Source: Dehalococcoidia bacterium (GTDB lineage: Bacteria > Chloroflexota > Dehalococcoidia > SpSt-223). From it: a DNA stretch of 64,000 nucleotides. Shown here in pieces: positions 27,940 through 37,697 of the stretch. The notes beneath the pieces were generated by a model. That model searched no databases. It saw nothing but the letters and a program-made list of their open reading frames with translations, and was not told where the DNA came from. A program made the translations under genes and the position numbers. Each line of letters begins with the position of its first letter. Within the stretch, counting starts at the first letter, position 1. The stretch spans positions 172,145-236,144 of the forward strand of contig JANWZD010000002.1 in NCBI GenBank assembly GCA_025054935.1, written 5' to 3'.

Positions 27940-30276
27940 TTACGGCACCGTGTAGCGCAGAATGACGCCGTCGCCGGCGGCCCACGCCTCGTTCGCGTTC
28001 AGGATCCAGACCGAGCGCAGGTTCGCGTTCGGCGGCGAGACCGACCCGATCCCCGTGTAGAGCGTCCACGTGCCGCCGGAGAGACGCAGGATCGTCAAGT
28101 TGTCGCCGACGGCCCAGCCTTCAGTTGCGGAGAGGAGCGCAACCGCGTTCAGCCGGTTGCCGGTCGGCGAAGGGATCTGGCTCCACGAAGCGCCGTTGAA
28201 GCGCATGATTACGCCTGCATCGCCGACGGCATACGCTTGCCCGAGCGTCGCGCCGGACAGCACCCCTGCCACCCCGTTCAGCGGCACGAGCGCGGTCGCG
28301 ACGGGCTGCCAGACAATCCCGGTCCACTGAAAGATCGAGTTGTCGCCCGGGTCGACCGTTGCATCCGCATTGCCGGAGACGGCGAGCGCGACGGTATCGG
28401 CGAGCGAATGCACGCCGCGGATCGGCGACCCGACCGCAGAGAGCGTGCTCGCGCCAAGGAAGCCCGTGCCGTTCCACGGGTAAGCGCGGCCGAGACTATC
28501 CACCATCCATCCTCGGGTCGCGCTGTGGAGGCTGACGCCGAAGAGATCGACGCCGGGAAGCGGCGCGGGAAGCGGTGCATCGCTCCACGCGCTCCCATTC
28601 CAGCGCTTGGCGGTGCCGTTGCTGCCGACGGCAAGCGCGAGGTTCGGGGCGACGGCGAAGACCGAATGCAGCGTCTCGGAGGTTCCTGCCGCGGTGAGGA
28701 GCCAGCCGTTGATACCGCCTCGAAGCGCCGTTCCCCCATTGCCGACAGCAAAGCCCTCGTTGCTCGACAGCATCGAGATACCGCGCAAGGTGCTGCCGGA
28801 GAACACCTGACGCCAAGTTCCCTGCCCGCTGGGAGGCGGTGTGGGGCACGTCGAGCAGCGAATGATGACGCTCACCGCCTCGATCTGGCGGGAGGCCGGC
28901 GGCGGTCCCTGCTGGCCAACCACGTTCGAGGTGCGCCCGTCCACCCTCGCGACCAGAGCCCGCCCCGCTTGGATGGGAGGCACCGTGAAAGAGAAGTTGC
29001 CGTTGGCATCGACCGTCCCGCTGGCGATCACTTGACCGGTGTCGACGTAGGAGACAGTCACTGGGGTCTGCGGCGTTCCCTGTCCGCTCACAGTCGTCGA
29101 CCCTGGCGTCACCTCGTTCAAGACCGGCCGCGGGTTGAACGCCATGAAGATGAGGAAGTTGTTCGGCCGCTGCCGCCCGACGAACCACATCCACCAGTTG
29201 CCGAATTCATCCTCCACCACCGCGGGGTCGTAGGCGTTGCCGTCGAGAACAGCGTCGTTCGGCAGCGTCATCACGACGCCCCCGTTGAAGCCGTACTTGG
29301 TCCAGTTCACGCCGTCGGTTGAGGTGGCATAGAGGATGCGGCTGGTGTTGGCGGAGTCGTCGCCGCGATACCACATTCGGAAGATCCCGTTGCGGTCTTT
29401 GATCACCATCGGCTCGCCGACGAAATTCGAGTCGGGAGCGCCGGGACCGCCGCGCTCTAGGACGGGGCGATTCCGAATGTTCCAAGTCAAGCCGCCGTCG
29501 AGCGATTCCCCATAGCCGATGGATGTGCGTCCCTCGCTATCGACCGCCGTGAACCAGACTTTATAGACATTGCCGTCTTTCAGCCAGGTGGGGTCGCCGA
29601 CCTCGGCGGCCATGTAGGGAAAGAGGCCGCGGCGGATGACGGGGTCGTCCGGGCGGATTGCGCCGGGGTCGCGGTCGGTCGGCTGAAAGTCGACGAGGGT
29701 GGTGGTGGTGGCGAGGCCGATCTGGGAGACGTTGTTCCTGCGCCCTTCGTAGAGCACCCGATAGCAGCGGCAGTCGCTCGCTCGGTCGTCGATCACCGAC
29801 GGCGCAATCACGCGGCTGTCGAAGCGGCCGGCCCGGGGGTCCATCACCGGGTTTTCGCAGCCGGCGCAGTCGCCGCCGATCACATACTTGCCCCAGACAA
29901 TCCCGTCGCCCGAAATGGCCATGTTCATGTTCGAGTTCGTGTTGCCTGTATCCGGGCATTCGCCGGTGTAGTACATCAAGAAGTTGTACGGTGCCGGGCC
30001 GCCGCCGGGACCCATCCGCGGAAAGGTTGAATTCGGCTGGTAGAGCACCGTCGGGGCGTAGGCGTTGGCGCAGTCGCCTTGGTTGCCCGATTCGCTCGGG
30101 TTGCCCGGAGCGAGCGACGGCCCGCCGTCAGTCGGCAGCCGCGTAAAGACCCCCGGTCTCGTCTGGTAGATCGGCGGCCCCTGCGTATCGGTTGCCCAGG
30201 CCGGGCGCGGCACGCTCATGACGGAGCTGAGCGCCACGGCTGCTGCGAGCAGGAGGGAGGGTAGGACACGAGGCAT
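27940..30276 (-). CDS. secreted multi-domain protein: N-terminal GH43/GH130-like beta-propeller-like region, Ig-like domain, C-terminal Ycf48/BNR-like beta-propeller
   Basis: Signal peptide (MPRVLPSLLLAAAVALSSVMSVPRPAWA). The middle Ig-like segment is VTPGSTTVSGQGTPQTPVTVSYVDTGQVIASGTVDANGNFSFTV. The C-terminal repeats (GTWRQVFSGSTLRGISM..., GTAKRWNGSAWSD..., GVIMRFNGASWSQ...) are typical of Ycf48-like propellers. Confidence 0.7.
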   Translation of the reverse strand: MPRVLPSLLLAAAVALSSVMSVPRPAWATDTQGPPIYQTRPGVFTRLPTDGGPSLAPGNPSESGNQGDCANAYAPTVLYQPNSTFPRMGPGGGPAPYNFLMYYTGECPDTGNTNSNMNMAISGDGIVWGKYVIGGDCAGCENPVMDPRAGRFDSRVIAPSVIDDRASDCRCYRVLYEGRRNNVSQIGLATTTTLVDFQPTDRDPGAIRPDDPVIRRGLFPYMAAEVGDPTWLKDGNVYKVWFTAVDSEGRTSIGYGESLDGGLTWNIRNRPVLERGGPGAPDSNFVGEPMVIKDRNGIFRMWYRGDDSANTSRILYATSTDGVNWTKYGFNGGVVMTLPNDAVLDGNAYDPAVVEDEFGNWWMWFVGRQRPNNFLIFMAFNPRPVLNEVTPGSTTVSGQGTPQTPVTVSYVDTGQVIASGTVDANGNFSFTVPPIQAGRALVARVDGRTSNVVGQQGPPPASRQIEAVSVIIRCSTCPTPPPSGQGTWRQVFSGSTLRGISMLSSNEGFAVGNGGTALRGGINGWLLTAAGTSETLHSVFAVAPNLALAVGSNGTAKRWNGSAWSDAPLPAPLPGVDLFGVSLHSATRGWMVDSLGRAYPWNGTGFLGASTLSAVGSPIRGVHSLADTVALAVSGNADATVDPGDNSIFQWTGIVWQPVATALVPLNGVAGVLSGATLGQAYAVGDAGVIMRFNGASWSQIPSPTGNRLNAVALLSATEGWAVGDNLTILRLSGGTWTLYTGIGSVSPPNANLRSVWILNANEAWAAGDGVILRYTVP

Positions 30277-30483
30277 CGATCCTCCGTTTTAGCCGTGATC
30301 AGGACGCGGCGAGACCGGCCACTGCGCTCTGGCATCGGGCGGACACCCCAAGCGCGAGCGGCGCGGATTATACCGGATGGGCCGCCGCTCTTCCCCGCAT
30401 TCTGGTCGTCTGCCTGGTCAACGAATGAAAGCCGGCGCGGTTGCGTCGGCCTATACTTGCGGCAGAGGGCGCGAGTTTCACAG

Positions 30484-31602
30484 GTGAATGTCGCTATCGA
30501 TGCCCGGCCGCTTTCCGATCGCTTTCCCGGGATCGGCCGCTACTTGGCCGGACTGATCCCTGCCCTGCTCGAGGCGGAGCCGGCGCTTCGTCTCACGCTG
30601 TTCGCCGACCCGGCGGCGCGGGGAGGGCGCCATGACCCCTTTGCGCTCGCGGGCGAGCGGTGCGTCGTTGTGCCGCTTGATGCGCCGATCTTCTCGCTGC
30701 GGGGGCAGCTGCGGGCGGCGCGCGCTATCGACCGCGGGCGCTTCGACCTGCTGCACGCCCCGTACTTTCTCTCCCCGCTCGGCGTGCGGACGCCGGTGGT
30801 CCTGACGATCCACGACCTGATCCCGCTGCACCATCCTGAGATTCTGCCGAGCCGGCTCGCCCGGCTGGTCACGCCCTTCCTTCTCGCCGCGGCCGCGCGG
30901 TCGGCGCGGCGGGTGATTGCGGTGTCGCAGTGGGTCGCCGACGATCTCGTCGCGCGCGGGCTGGCCGACCGGGTGGCGGTCGTGCATCACGCTGCCGACC
31001 AGCTGCTCGCTCGAGCCGCCGCCGAGCGTGACCCGAACTGGCCGCCGCCGCCATACCTCCTTTTCGTTGGCGCCGACAAGCCGTTGAAGAACCTTCCTCT
31101 CGTCGTGCGCGCCTATGCGGCAAGCCGGGTGACGGTGCCGCTCGTCATCGCCGGACCTGCCGACCCACGCCATCGCGCCACGGCGGAGACGATCGCGGCG
31201 CTCGGTCTCGCCGGCCGTGTCCTGATGCTCGGGCCGGTCCCGGAGGAGCGGTTGGTGGCGCTCTACCGGGGCGCGCTCGCGCTGCTCTTCCCCTCGCGCG
31301 CAGAAGGCTTCGGCTTGCCTCCCCTCGAAGCGATGCAGCTCGGCGTGCCGGTCGTCTGCTCGACGGCGATGGCACTGCCGGAGGTCGTCGGCAACGCTGC
31401 GCTGCTCGTTCCCCCCGACGATGAGGCGGGCTGGGCGCGCGCCATCACGCGGATCGTCGAGGATGGAGCGCTGCGCGCTGCGCTTGCCGCGGCCGGGCGA
31501 GCGCGCGCAAAACAGTTCTCCTGGGCAGCGGCCGCCCGCCAGACGCTCGCCGTCTATCGGGAGGCGGCGCGTGGGGAGGCAGCGCGGAGCGCGTTCCCGT
31601 GA
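30484..31602 (+). CDS. glycosyltransferase family 4 (GT-B, GT1-superfamily)
   Basis: GT4 motifs (LLHAPYFLSPLGVRTPVVLTIHDL; LLFPSRAEGFGLPPLEAMQLGVPVV). The start is assigned to GTG 30484; the 63 upstream codons of the track ORF are low-complexity and span a divergent promoter region. Confidence 0.75.
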   Translation: MNVAIDARPLSDRFPGIGRYLAGLIPALLEAEPALRLTLFADPAARGGRHDPFALAGERCVVVPLDAPIFSLRGQLRAARAIDRGRFDLLHAPYFLSPLGVRTPVVLTIHDLIPLHHPEILPSRLARLVTPFLLAAAARSARRVIAVSQWVADDLVARGLADRVAVVHHAADQLLARAAAERDPNWPPPPYLLFVGADKPLKNLPLVVRAYAASRVTVPLVIAGPADPRHRATAETIAALGLAGRVLMLGPVPEERLVALYRGALALLFPSRAEGFGLPPLEAMQLGVPVVCSTAMALPEVVGNAALLVPPDDEAGWARAITRIVEDGALRAALAAAGRARAKQFSWAAAARQTLAVYREAARGEAARSAFP

Positions 31603-32786
31603 CCCCACCCCCGATCGACGTCGTGCATGTCTACAAGGACTTCTGGCCGGTTGTCGGCGGGATCGAGAACCATGTGCGCCGCCTCGCCGCTGGTCTCGCG
31701 CGCGACCCGGCCTTCCGCGTTCGGGTGCTGGTCACGAATACCGGGCGGAAGACGGTGCGGGAGGAGATCGACGGCATTGAGGTGATCAAAGCAGGGCGCC
31801 TCGCGACGGCCGCCTCGACGCCGCTCTCGCTCGCCCTTCCTTGGGAGCTGTCGCGGCTGCGGCCTGACCTGATCCATCTGCACTTTCCCTATCCGGTCGG
31901 CGAGGTGTCGTCTCTGCTTGCAGGCCGGGGCGCTCCGCTGCTCATCAGCTATCACAGCGACATTGTCCGGCAGCGGCGGCTGCTGCGGCTGTATCGTCCT
32001 TTGCTCCGGCGTGTTCTCGAGCGTGCCGATGCGATTATCGTCTCAAACCCGCGCTCTGCGGCGAGCTCGCCGTTTCTGCGCGCCGCGCGCGCCAAGCTCC
32101 GGTTCGTTCCTTTTGGGATCGATCCCGCGCGCTACGCTCTCACGGAGGCGCGGCGGGCGCAGGCGGCGGCGATCCGCGCTGCGCTGCCTGGCCCGATCAC
32201 GCTGTTTGTGGGGGTGCTGCGCTATTACAAGGGGGTCGACGCGCTGATCGACGCAATGCGCTGGGTGCCGGGCACGCTCGTGATCGTCGGCGACGGGCCG
32301 GAGGCAGCGCGGTGGAGGGCCCGAGCGGATGCGATGCCCTACCGCGACCGCATTGTGTTCCGCGGGCGCCTGTCGGACGAAGAGGTGGCGGCGCACTATC
32401 ATGCGGCAGATGTCTTCGCGCTCCCGTCGACGCTGCGGGCAGAGAGCTTCGGGATCGTGCTGATCGAGGCGATGGCCTGCGGAGTGCCGCTCGTCACCAC
32501 GGAGCTCGGCACTGGGACCTCCTATGTGAACATTCACGGTGAGACGGGGATCGTGGTCCCGCCGGGCGACCCGCGCGCTCTCGCCGCTGCCCTTCGGGTG
32601 ATCCTCGACGACCCCGTGCGGCGAAGGCGGTTCGGCGAAGCGGCGCGCCGGCGTCTCGAGCAGCAGTTCAGCGAGACAGCGATGATCGAGCGGATAAAAG
32701 CGCTCTACCGCGAGGTGCTGGCGGCGCGCGCCCGGTGGCGGGGGCGTGCTCCCTTTTCCGCTGAGAGCGAGCGCGACGGTGAATGA
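31599..32786 (+). CDS. glycosyltransferase family 4 (GT-B)
   Basis: GT4 motifs (VVHVYKDFWPVVGGIENHV; FALPSTLRAESFGIVLIEAMACGVPLV). GTGA overlap with the upstream GT4. Confidence 0.8.
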   Translation: MTPPPIDVVHVYKDFWPVVGGIENHVRRLAAGLARDPAFRVRVLVTNTGRKTVREEIDGIEVIKAGRLATAASTPLSLALPWELSRLRPDLIHLHFPYPVGEVSSLLAGRGAPLLISYHSDIVRQRRLLRLYRPLLRRVLERADAIIVSNPRSAASSPFLRAARAKLRFVPFGIDPARYALTEARRAQAAAIRAALPGPITLFVGVLRYYKGVDALIDAMRWVPGTLVIVGDGPEAARWRARADAMPYRDRIVFRGRLSDEEVAAHYHAADVFALPSTLRAESFGIVLIEAMACGVPLVTTELGTGTSYVNIHGETGIVVPPGDPRALAAALRVILDDPVRRRRFGEAARRRLEQQFSETAMIERIKALYREVLAARARWRGRAPFSAESERDGE

Positions 32787-32816
32787 GCTGGAACGCCCCT
32801 TTGATACAATCGAAAC

Positions 32817-33827
32817 ATGCCCTTGGCTTCTGAGGAGCGTGCCGTGACCCTCGGCGGCTCCGGCCGGGCGCTGGTGACAGGCGGCGCCGGCTTTATCGGC
32901 TCTCATCTCGTTGAGCGGCTCCTCGCCGAGGGATGGGAGGTGGTGGTTCTCGACGACTTCTCGACCGGCCGCCGTGCCTGGCTGCCGGGGCACCGCCGGC
33001 TCCTCCTGCACGAAGGCGATGTGCGGGATGCCGCTCTCGTCCGGCGCGCGATGGACGGCTGCTCGGTGGTCTTCCACCTTGCGGCGGTGGTCGGTGTCCG
33101 CCGGGTGGTGGCCGACCCGCTGCGCGCGCTGCAGGTCATTGTCGAGGGAACGGAGCGGGTGCTTGCGGCGGCGCTCGACGCGCAGGCGCGGGTCGTTCTC
33201 GCCTCATCGTCGGAAGTGTACGGCGTGAGCGACGCGGTGCCGTTTGCGCCGGACGGCCGCCGCGTGCTCGGCTCGACCCGCGTTCACCGCTGGGCCTACG
33301 CGACCGCGAAGGCGCTCGATGAGCATCTGCTCTTTGCCTATCGCGAGCATGGCCTGCGCGGGGTGGTCCTGCGCTATTTCAACACGTATGGGCCTCGCCA
33401 AGATGCCGAGGGCTACGCCGGCGTCCTTGCCGCTTTCTGCGACGCTGTCGCGCGCGGACAGCCGATGACGATCCACGGCGATGGCCGTCAGACCCGCTGT
33501 TTCCTCTACGTTGACGATACCGTGCTCGCCACGATCCGTGCTGCAGTCGCTCCCGAGGCAGAGGGAGCGATCCTGAACGTCGGGTCGACGGAGGAGGTGT
33601 CGATCGTCGAGGTGTCGCGCCTTGTGGCGGAGATAGCGGGCGTTCCGCACAATGTCTGCTTCGTTCCGTTCGAAGAGGTGTTCGGCGCCCGCTTCGAAGA
33701 CCCGCGGCGGCGAGTGCCCGAGATTAGCGAGAGTGAGCGGCTGCTCGGCTTCCGGCCGACTGTTTCGCTTCGCGAGGGAATTGCGCGCACGCTCGAATGG
33801 AGAATGCGTCCGAGGGGAAGGGGCTAA
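32817..33827 (+). CDS. NAD-dependent epimerase/dehydratase (extended SDR; UDP-sugar 4-epimerase / UDP-glucuronate decarboxylase-like)
   Basis: TGGAGFIGSH Rossmann motif, YATAKALDE catalytic YxxxK, RYFNTYGPRQ. Confidence 0.85.
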   Translation: MPLASEERAVTLGGSGRALVTGGAGFIGSHLVERLLAEGWEVVVLDDFSTGRRAWLPGHRRLLLHEGDVRDAALVRRAMDGCSVVFHLAAVVGVRRVVADPLRALQVIVEGTERVLAAALDAQARVVLASSSEVYGVSDAVPFAPDGRRVLGSTRVHRWAYATAKALDEHLLFAYREHGLRGVVLRYFNTYGPRQDAEGYAGVLAAFCDAVARGQPMTIHGDGRQTRCFLYVDDTVLATIRAAVAPEAEGAILNVGSTEEVSIVEVSRLVAEIAGVPHNVCFVPFEEVFGARFEDPRRRVPEISESERLLGFRPTVSLREGIARTLEWRMRPRGRG

Positions 33828-33830
33828 GCC

Positions 33831-36593
33831 GTGCCGACGCGATTTGCCGCCCAGCTCGACCGGCTGCTTGAAGCAAGCTGGCTCATGGTCGCGATCGTGG
33901 TTCCCCTCTTCTTCAATGTGTTCAGTTCGCGGGTGTTCGAGCCCGACAAGCTGACCGCCTTCCGCGGGATCATGATCTTTGCGCTTGCCGTCTGGCTGCT
34001 CCGCGAACTCGAGCTGCCCGGCGCGCCGGGCAGCCTGCCGCGCCGCTGGATCGCGGGCTTCAAAGCGAACCCGCTTGCTGGGCCAGTGGCGATTTTGGCG
34101 CTCTCCTACGTCATCTCGACGATCTTTTCGGTTCAGCCGCTCGTCAGTATCTTCGGCTCCTATCAGCGGCTGCAGGGGACGCTGAACAATTTCTTGTACT
34201 TCGCGCTGTTCTTCCTCGTTGCGGCTGGGCTTCGCGATTGGGGCCGTCTTGATCGGCTGATCACGACGTTCATCATCGTTAGCGTGCCGGTCAGCTTGTA
34301 TGGGATGTCGCAGCGGCTCGGCCTCGATCCGCTCCCGTGGGGGGCCGATGTCCAGTCCCGTGTCGCCGGCTCGGCCGGCAACCCGATCTTTCTCGGCGCC
34401 TACCTCATTCTCGTTCTCCCCTTCCTCCTCGCCCGCCTTGTCGATGTGGCGACACGGTTCCGGGCCGGAGCACGCGATGGCCGCACGATCGCGCTGCTTG
34501 CGGCCTACAGCGGGGCGCTGCTCGTTAACCTGATCTGCCTCTACTGGACTGGCAGCCGCGGCCCGTGGATGGGGTTCGCTGCCTCGCTGGTGGCGATGGC
34601 GTTCTTCCTTGGGGTCGCCCTGCGCCGGCGGCTGCTGCTGCTCGCCCCGGTGGCGGGGGTCGTCGCTTTCGTTGGGGTGATGGCCTTTCTCAACTCGCCG
34701 CTTGGGGCGCCGCTGGTCGAGGCGAGCGCCTTCGCGGAGCGGCTTGCCAGCATTGACGACGTGACCACGGGGACGAACCGGGTGCGGATGCTCATCTGGT
34801 TTGGCGACGGGGTGGCCAAAGGGGCTGCCGGCATGGTGACCGACAATCTGTTTCGGACGATCGTCGGCTACGGCCCCGAGACGATGTACGTCGCCTACAA
34901 CCGCTTCTATCCCCCCACCCTCGCTCACTACGAATCGCGGACGGCAACGCCCGACCGTTCCCATAACGATTTGATCGACTTTCTCGTCACGAACGGCGTG
35001 ATCGGTCTCTTCGCCTACTTGCTGATCGTCACGACGTTCTTCAGTCTCGCCTTCCGCTTTGTGCGTGACGCCCCGCCCGGCTATCGCCGGCTGATCGCCG
35101 TGGCTGTGGTCGGCGCGGTTGTCGCCCACCTTGTGGAGGCGCTGCTGGGGATCCCGATCTCGTCAACCCGCACCCATTTCTGGATGATCATGGGCATGGC
35201 GACGGCGCTCCCGGTGCTGCTGGCACCAGCCCCCGCTCCCGCTGCCGCGCCGACCCCCGCAAAGCCCAGTTCTGCCGCGCAAGCGCGCGGCCGGCGCCGG
35301 CGGCCGGAAGGGCGGCCCTCCCCGGCGCCGGCACCGCCGCCGGCGAGTCCTACCTGGCTTGCAGCAGCCGCGTGGGTTGTCGTCACGGTCGTCGTGGTCT
35401 ACCTGCTGTTGTTCCAGCCGCGCCTTGTCCAAGGGCTCGTCGGCCAAGACAGCTTTCCCACGCTCGTTGTGCTCGGCGCGTTCGCGTGGGTCTGGGTCGG
35501 CATCGTTGCGCTCGCCACGGCGCTGCCTCTGCCGCCGAGCGGAACCCTGACCCGCACCAACCGCTCGCTCTGGATGGTTGCTCCGTCGCTCGCTTTCCTG
35601 GTCATCCTCCTTGCGGTCAGCTTCGCGAACCCCATCATCGCCGACATTCGCTTCAAGCAGGCGCAATCGCTCGACCAGATCGGGCGCTTCGACTTGAGCA
35701 TTCCGGTCTATTTGAAGGCGATCGAAGCTGCGCCCGGCGAGGACTTCTATCACTTGTTCCTCGGCCGAGCGTATCTCGAGGCGGCGAAGCGCGCGCCGGA
35801 GCAGGGCGCAGCCGTCGTGCCGCGCACGATGGCCGATCTGCAGCGGTTGGCATCCGTCGCCGGCGTCAGCCGCGAGTCGCTCTACTATGCGAGTAAGGTC
35901 GCGCTCGACCAGGCCTACGCCTTAAGTCCGCTCAACACGGACCATTCGGCGAACCTCGGGCGGCTCCATCGCTTCTGGGCGGAGGCCAGCCCCACCCCCG
36001 AGCTGCGCCGCCAGCGGCTTGAGGAGTCGGACCGCTGGTACGAGAGCGCGCTGCGGCTCAGCCCGAACGCCGCCCATCTCTGGACAGAGTGGGGATTGAC
36101 CAAAGAGGCGCTCGGACAGCCGAACGAGGCGGTCCAGAAGTACGAGCACGCGGCGCGGCTGGACAACCGCTATCTCCCGACCTTCCTGCAGCTAGGCAAT
36201 CTCTACTTGAATCAAGCGAACGCGAAGCTTCAGGAGGGCGACCGCGACGGTGCGGCGCCGCATCTCGAGGCGGCTAAGGGCTACTACCAGCGCGTGATTG
36301 AGCTCGATCCGAACCAGCCGATTGCCCACAGCGCCCTCGGGTTCATCTATAACGCGCAGGGCGATACGCGGGCAGCGATCGAGGCGAACGAGCGCGCCGC
36401 TGCCATTGTCCCGAACGACCTTCCGACGCGCCGCAACCTTGCGCTCCTCTACCGCGAGCTCGCGCTGCAGACGAACGACCCCTCCGCACGAGCAAAAGCG
36501 ATCGAAGAGGCGCGGCTGGCGATGAGCCTCGCCCCGGACAATGAGCGCGTCGCGCTCGCGCAGCTGATCGCCGAACTTGGAGGGCGCCCCTGA
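33831..36593 (+). CDS. O-antigen ligase/polymerase-like (Wzy_C) integral membrane protein fused to C-terminal TPR repeats
   Basis: About 450 aa with more than 10 TM helices and a large periplasmic loop. This is followed by an Ala/Pro-rich linker and a roughly 400-aa TPR region (AYLEAAKRAPEQG...LGNLYLNQANAKLQEG...ALGFIYNAQGDTRAAIE). Confidence 0.8.
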   Translation: MPTRFAAQLDRLLEASWLMVAIVVPLFFNVFSSRVFEPDKLTAFRGIMIFALAVWLLRELELPGAPGSLPRRWIAGFKANPLAGPVAILALSYVISTIFSVQPLVSIFGSYQRLQGTLNNFLYFALFFLVAAGLRDWGRLDRLITTFIIVSVPVSLYGMSQRLGLDPLPWGADVQSRVAGSAGNPIFLGAYLILVLPFLLARLVDVATRFRAGARDGRTIALLAAYSGALLVNLICLYWTGSRGPWMGFAASLVAMAFFLGVALRRRLLLLAPVAGVVAFVGVMAFLNSPLGAPLVEASAFAERLASIDDVTTGTNRVRMLIWFGDGVAKGAAGMVTDNLFRTIVGYGPETMYVAYNRFYPPTLAHYESRTATPDRSHNDLIDFLVTNGVIGLFAYLLIVTTFFSLAFRFVRDAPPGYRRLIAVAVVGAVVAHLVEALLGIPISSTRTHFWMIMGMATALPVLLAPAPAPAAAPTPAKPSSAAQARGRRRRPEGRPSPAPAPPPASPTWLAAAAWVVVTVVVVYLLLFQPRLVQGLVGQDSFPTLVVLGAFAWVWVGIVALATALPLPPSGTLTRTNRSLWMVAPSLAFLVILLAVSFANPIIADIRFKQAQSLDQIGRFDLSIPVYLKAIEAAPGEDFYHLFLGRAYLEAAKRAPEQGAAVVPRTMADLQRLASVAGVSRESLYYASKVALDQAYALSPLNTDHSANLGRLHRFWAEASPTPELRRQRLEESDRWYESALRLSPNAAHLWTEWGLTKEALGQPNEAVQKYEHAARLDNRYLPTFLQLGNLYLNQANAKLQEGDRDGAAPHLEAAKGYYQRVIELDPNQPIAHSALGFIYNAQGDTRAAIEANERAAAIVPNDLPTRRNLALLYRELALQTNDPSARAKAIEEARLAMSLAPDNERVALAQLIAELGGRP

Positions 36594-36598
36594 CGCCG

Positions 36599-36859
36599 GT
36601 GACCATCTATACCCGCGCCGACTCTGCGGATTGCCGCGCGCTCAAGCTGTTCCTCGACGCCCGCGGTGTTCCCTACCGCGAACTGGACGCCCGCCACCCC
36701 GGCGTCCGCCATCAGATGTTCCAGCGCTACGGTGTGCTTGTTGTCCCGATCGTCGTCATCGGCCGGCAGGCGTTCTTCGGCTTTGCCGAGAACCGCGCCG
36801 CAATCGAGCGCGCGCTCCGCGAGGGAGTGCTCAGGCCCACGGAAGAGGACCGTACTTAA
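36599..36859 (+). CDS. glutaredoxin-fold protein with atypical SxxC active-site position
   Basis: 86 aa with thioredoxin-fold landmarks (IYTRADSADCRALKLFLDARGVPYRELD ... VPIVVIGRQAFFGF). SADC occupies the canonical CPYC position. Confidence 0.6.
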   Translation: MTIYTRADSADCRALKLFLDARGVPYRELDARHPGVRHQMFQRYGVLVVPIVVIGRQAFFGFAENRAAIERALREGVLRPTEEDRT

Positions 36860-37697
36860 ACACCCACGCCAGCAGTTCGTCGCTCAGCGCTTTGAGGCGC
36901 CGCCGCTCCTCGTTGGTCGGGCGCTGCGACGACCGGAGCAGCGCTTCGATGGCCGCGATCGCGCGCTGCGCCGGGCTCACCTCCGGGGGCGGCGGCTCGG
37001 CTGCTGGCGCGGCCTCGCGGCGGACGAGCGCGCGCGCTGTTTGCTGGTCGAGGTCGCCCTGCAGGATGCGTTGGCGGATGCGGGCGCGCATCTCGGGCGA
37101 CTTCACCGAGAGCAGACGTTCGGCGGTGGAGACGGCGATCTTGCCGGAGCGCACGGCTTCGCCCAGCTCGGGGTCCTCGTAGACCCGGACGCGGCGGCTG
37201 ACGTAGGAAGGGTCCTTATGGATCTTGCGGGCGAGCTCGCGCACGCCGAAGCCGCGCTGCCGCATCAGGGCGTCGAAGGCTGCTGCTTCTTCCTCCGGCG
37301 GAATGTTCTCGCGCTGGAGGTTCTCAATCAGGGCGGCAACGACCGCCTGCTCTTCATCAAAATCCCGGATCACCGCCGGGATCTCTCGCAGCCCGAGCTG
37401 CTGCGCCGCGCGATAGCGTCGCTCTCCCGAGATGAGGATGAACCCATCTTCGGCACGGCGGACGACAACTGGCTGCAGGAAGCCGACATCTTGGATGCTT
37501 CTCGCAAGCTCTTCGAGAGTGGCCTTGGGAAAACTCTTGCGCGGCTGCTGGGGGTCGGGACGGATCTGGTCGATGGGGACCATCTTCGCGCTCGGGTCGG
37601 GGCGGGTTGCCCGTTCGCCGACGATCGTGAACAGCATGCGGTCGCTCACCTCGGACGCATCGCGGGCAAACGTCGGCTGAACTCGGCTAGACGGCAT
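36831..37697 (-). CDS. parB: chromosome partitioning protein ParB (Spo0J)
   Basis: ParB box ([21 protein letters not shown]) and an HTH region. The ATG at 37697 overlaps the parA stop (ATGCCGTCTAG); the longer track ORF (to 37775) would overlap parA by 89 nt. Confidence 0.85.
   Translation of the reverse strand: MPSSRVQPTFARDASEVSDRMLFTIVGERATRPDPSAKMVPIDQIRPDPQQPRKSFPKATLEELARSIQDVGFLQPVVVRRAEDGFILISGERRYRAAQQLGLREIPAVIRDFDEEQAVVAALIENLQRENIPPEEEAAAFDALMRQRGFGVRELARKIHKDPSYVSRRVRVYEDPELGEAVRSGKIAVSTAERLLSVKSPEMRARIRQRILQGDLDQQTARALVRREAAPAAEPPPPEVSPAQRAIAAIEALLRSSQRPTNEERRRLKALSDELLAWVFKYGPLPWA

Noticed and set aside
30295-30483. 63-codon N-terminal extension of the first GT4 in the ORF track
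   Set aside because: Low-complexity Arg-rich peptide covering the divergent promoter region; conserved GT4 sequence begins at the GTG at 30484.
33204-35129. 641-aa minus-strand ORF antisense to the epimerase / Wzy_C-TPR genes
   Set aside because: Spans two sense-strand genes with clear motifs; biased composition.
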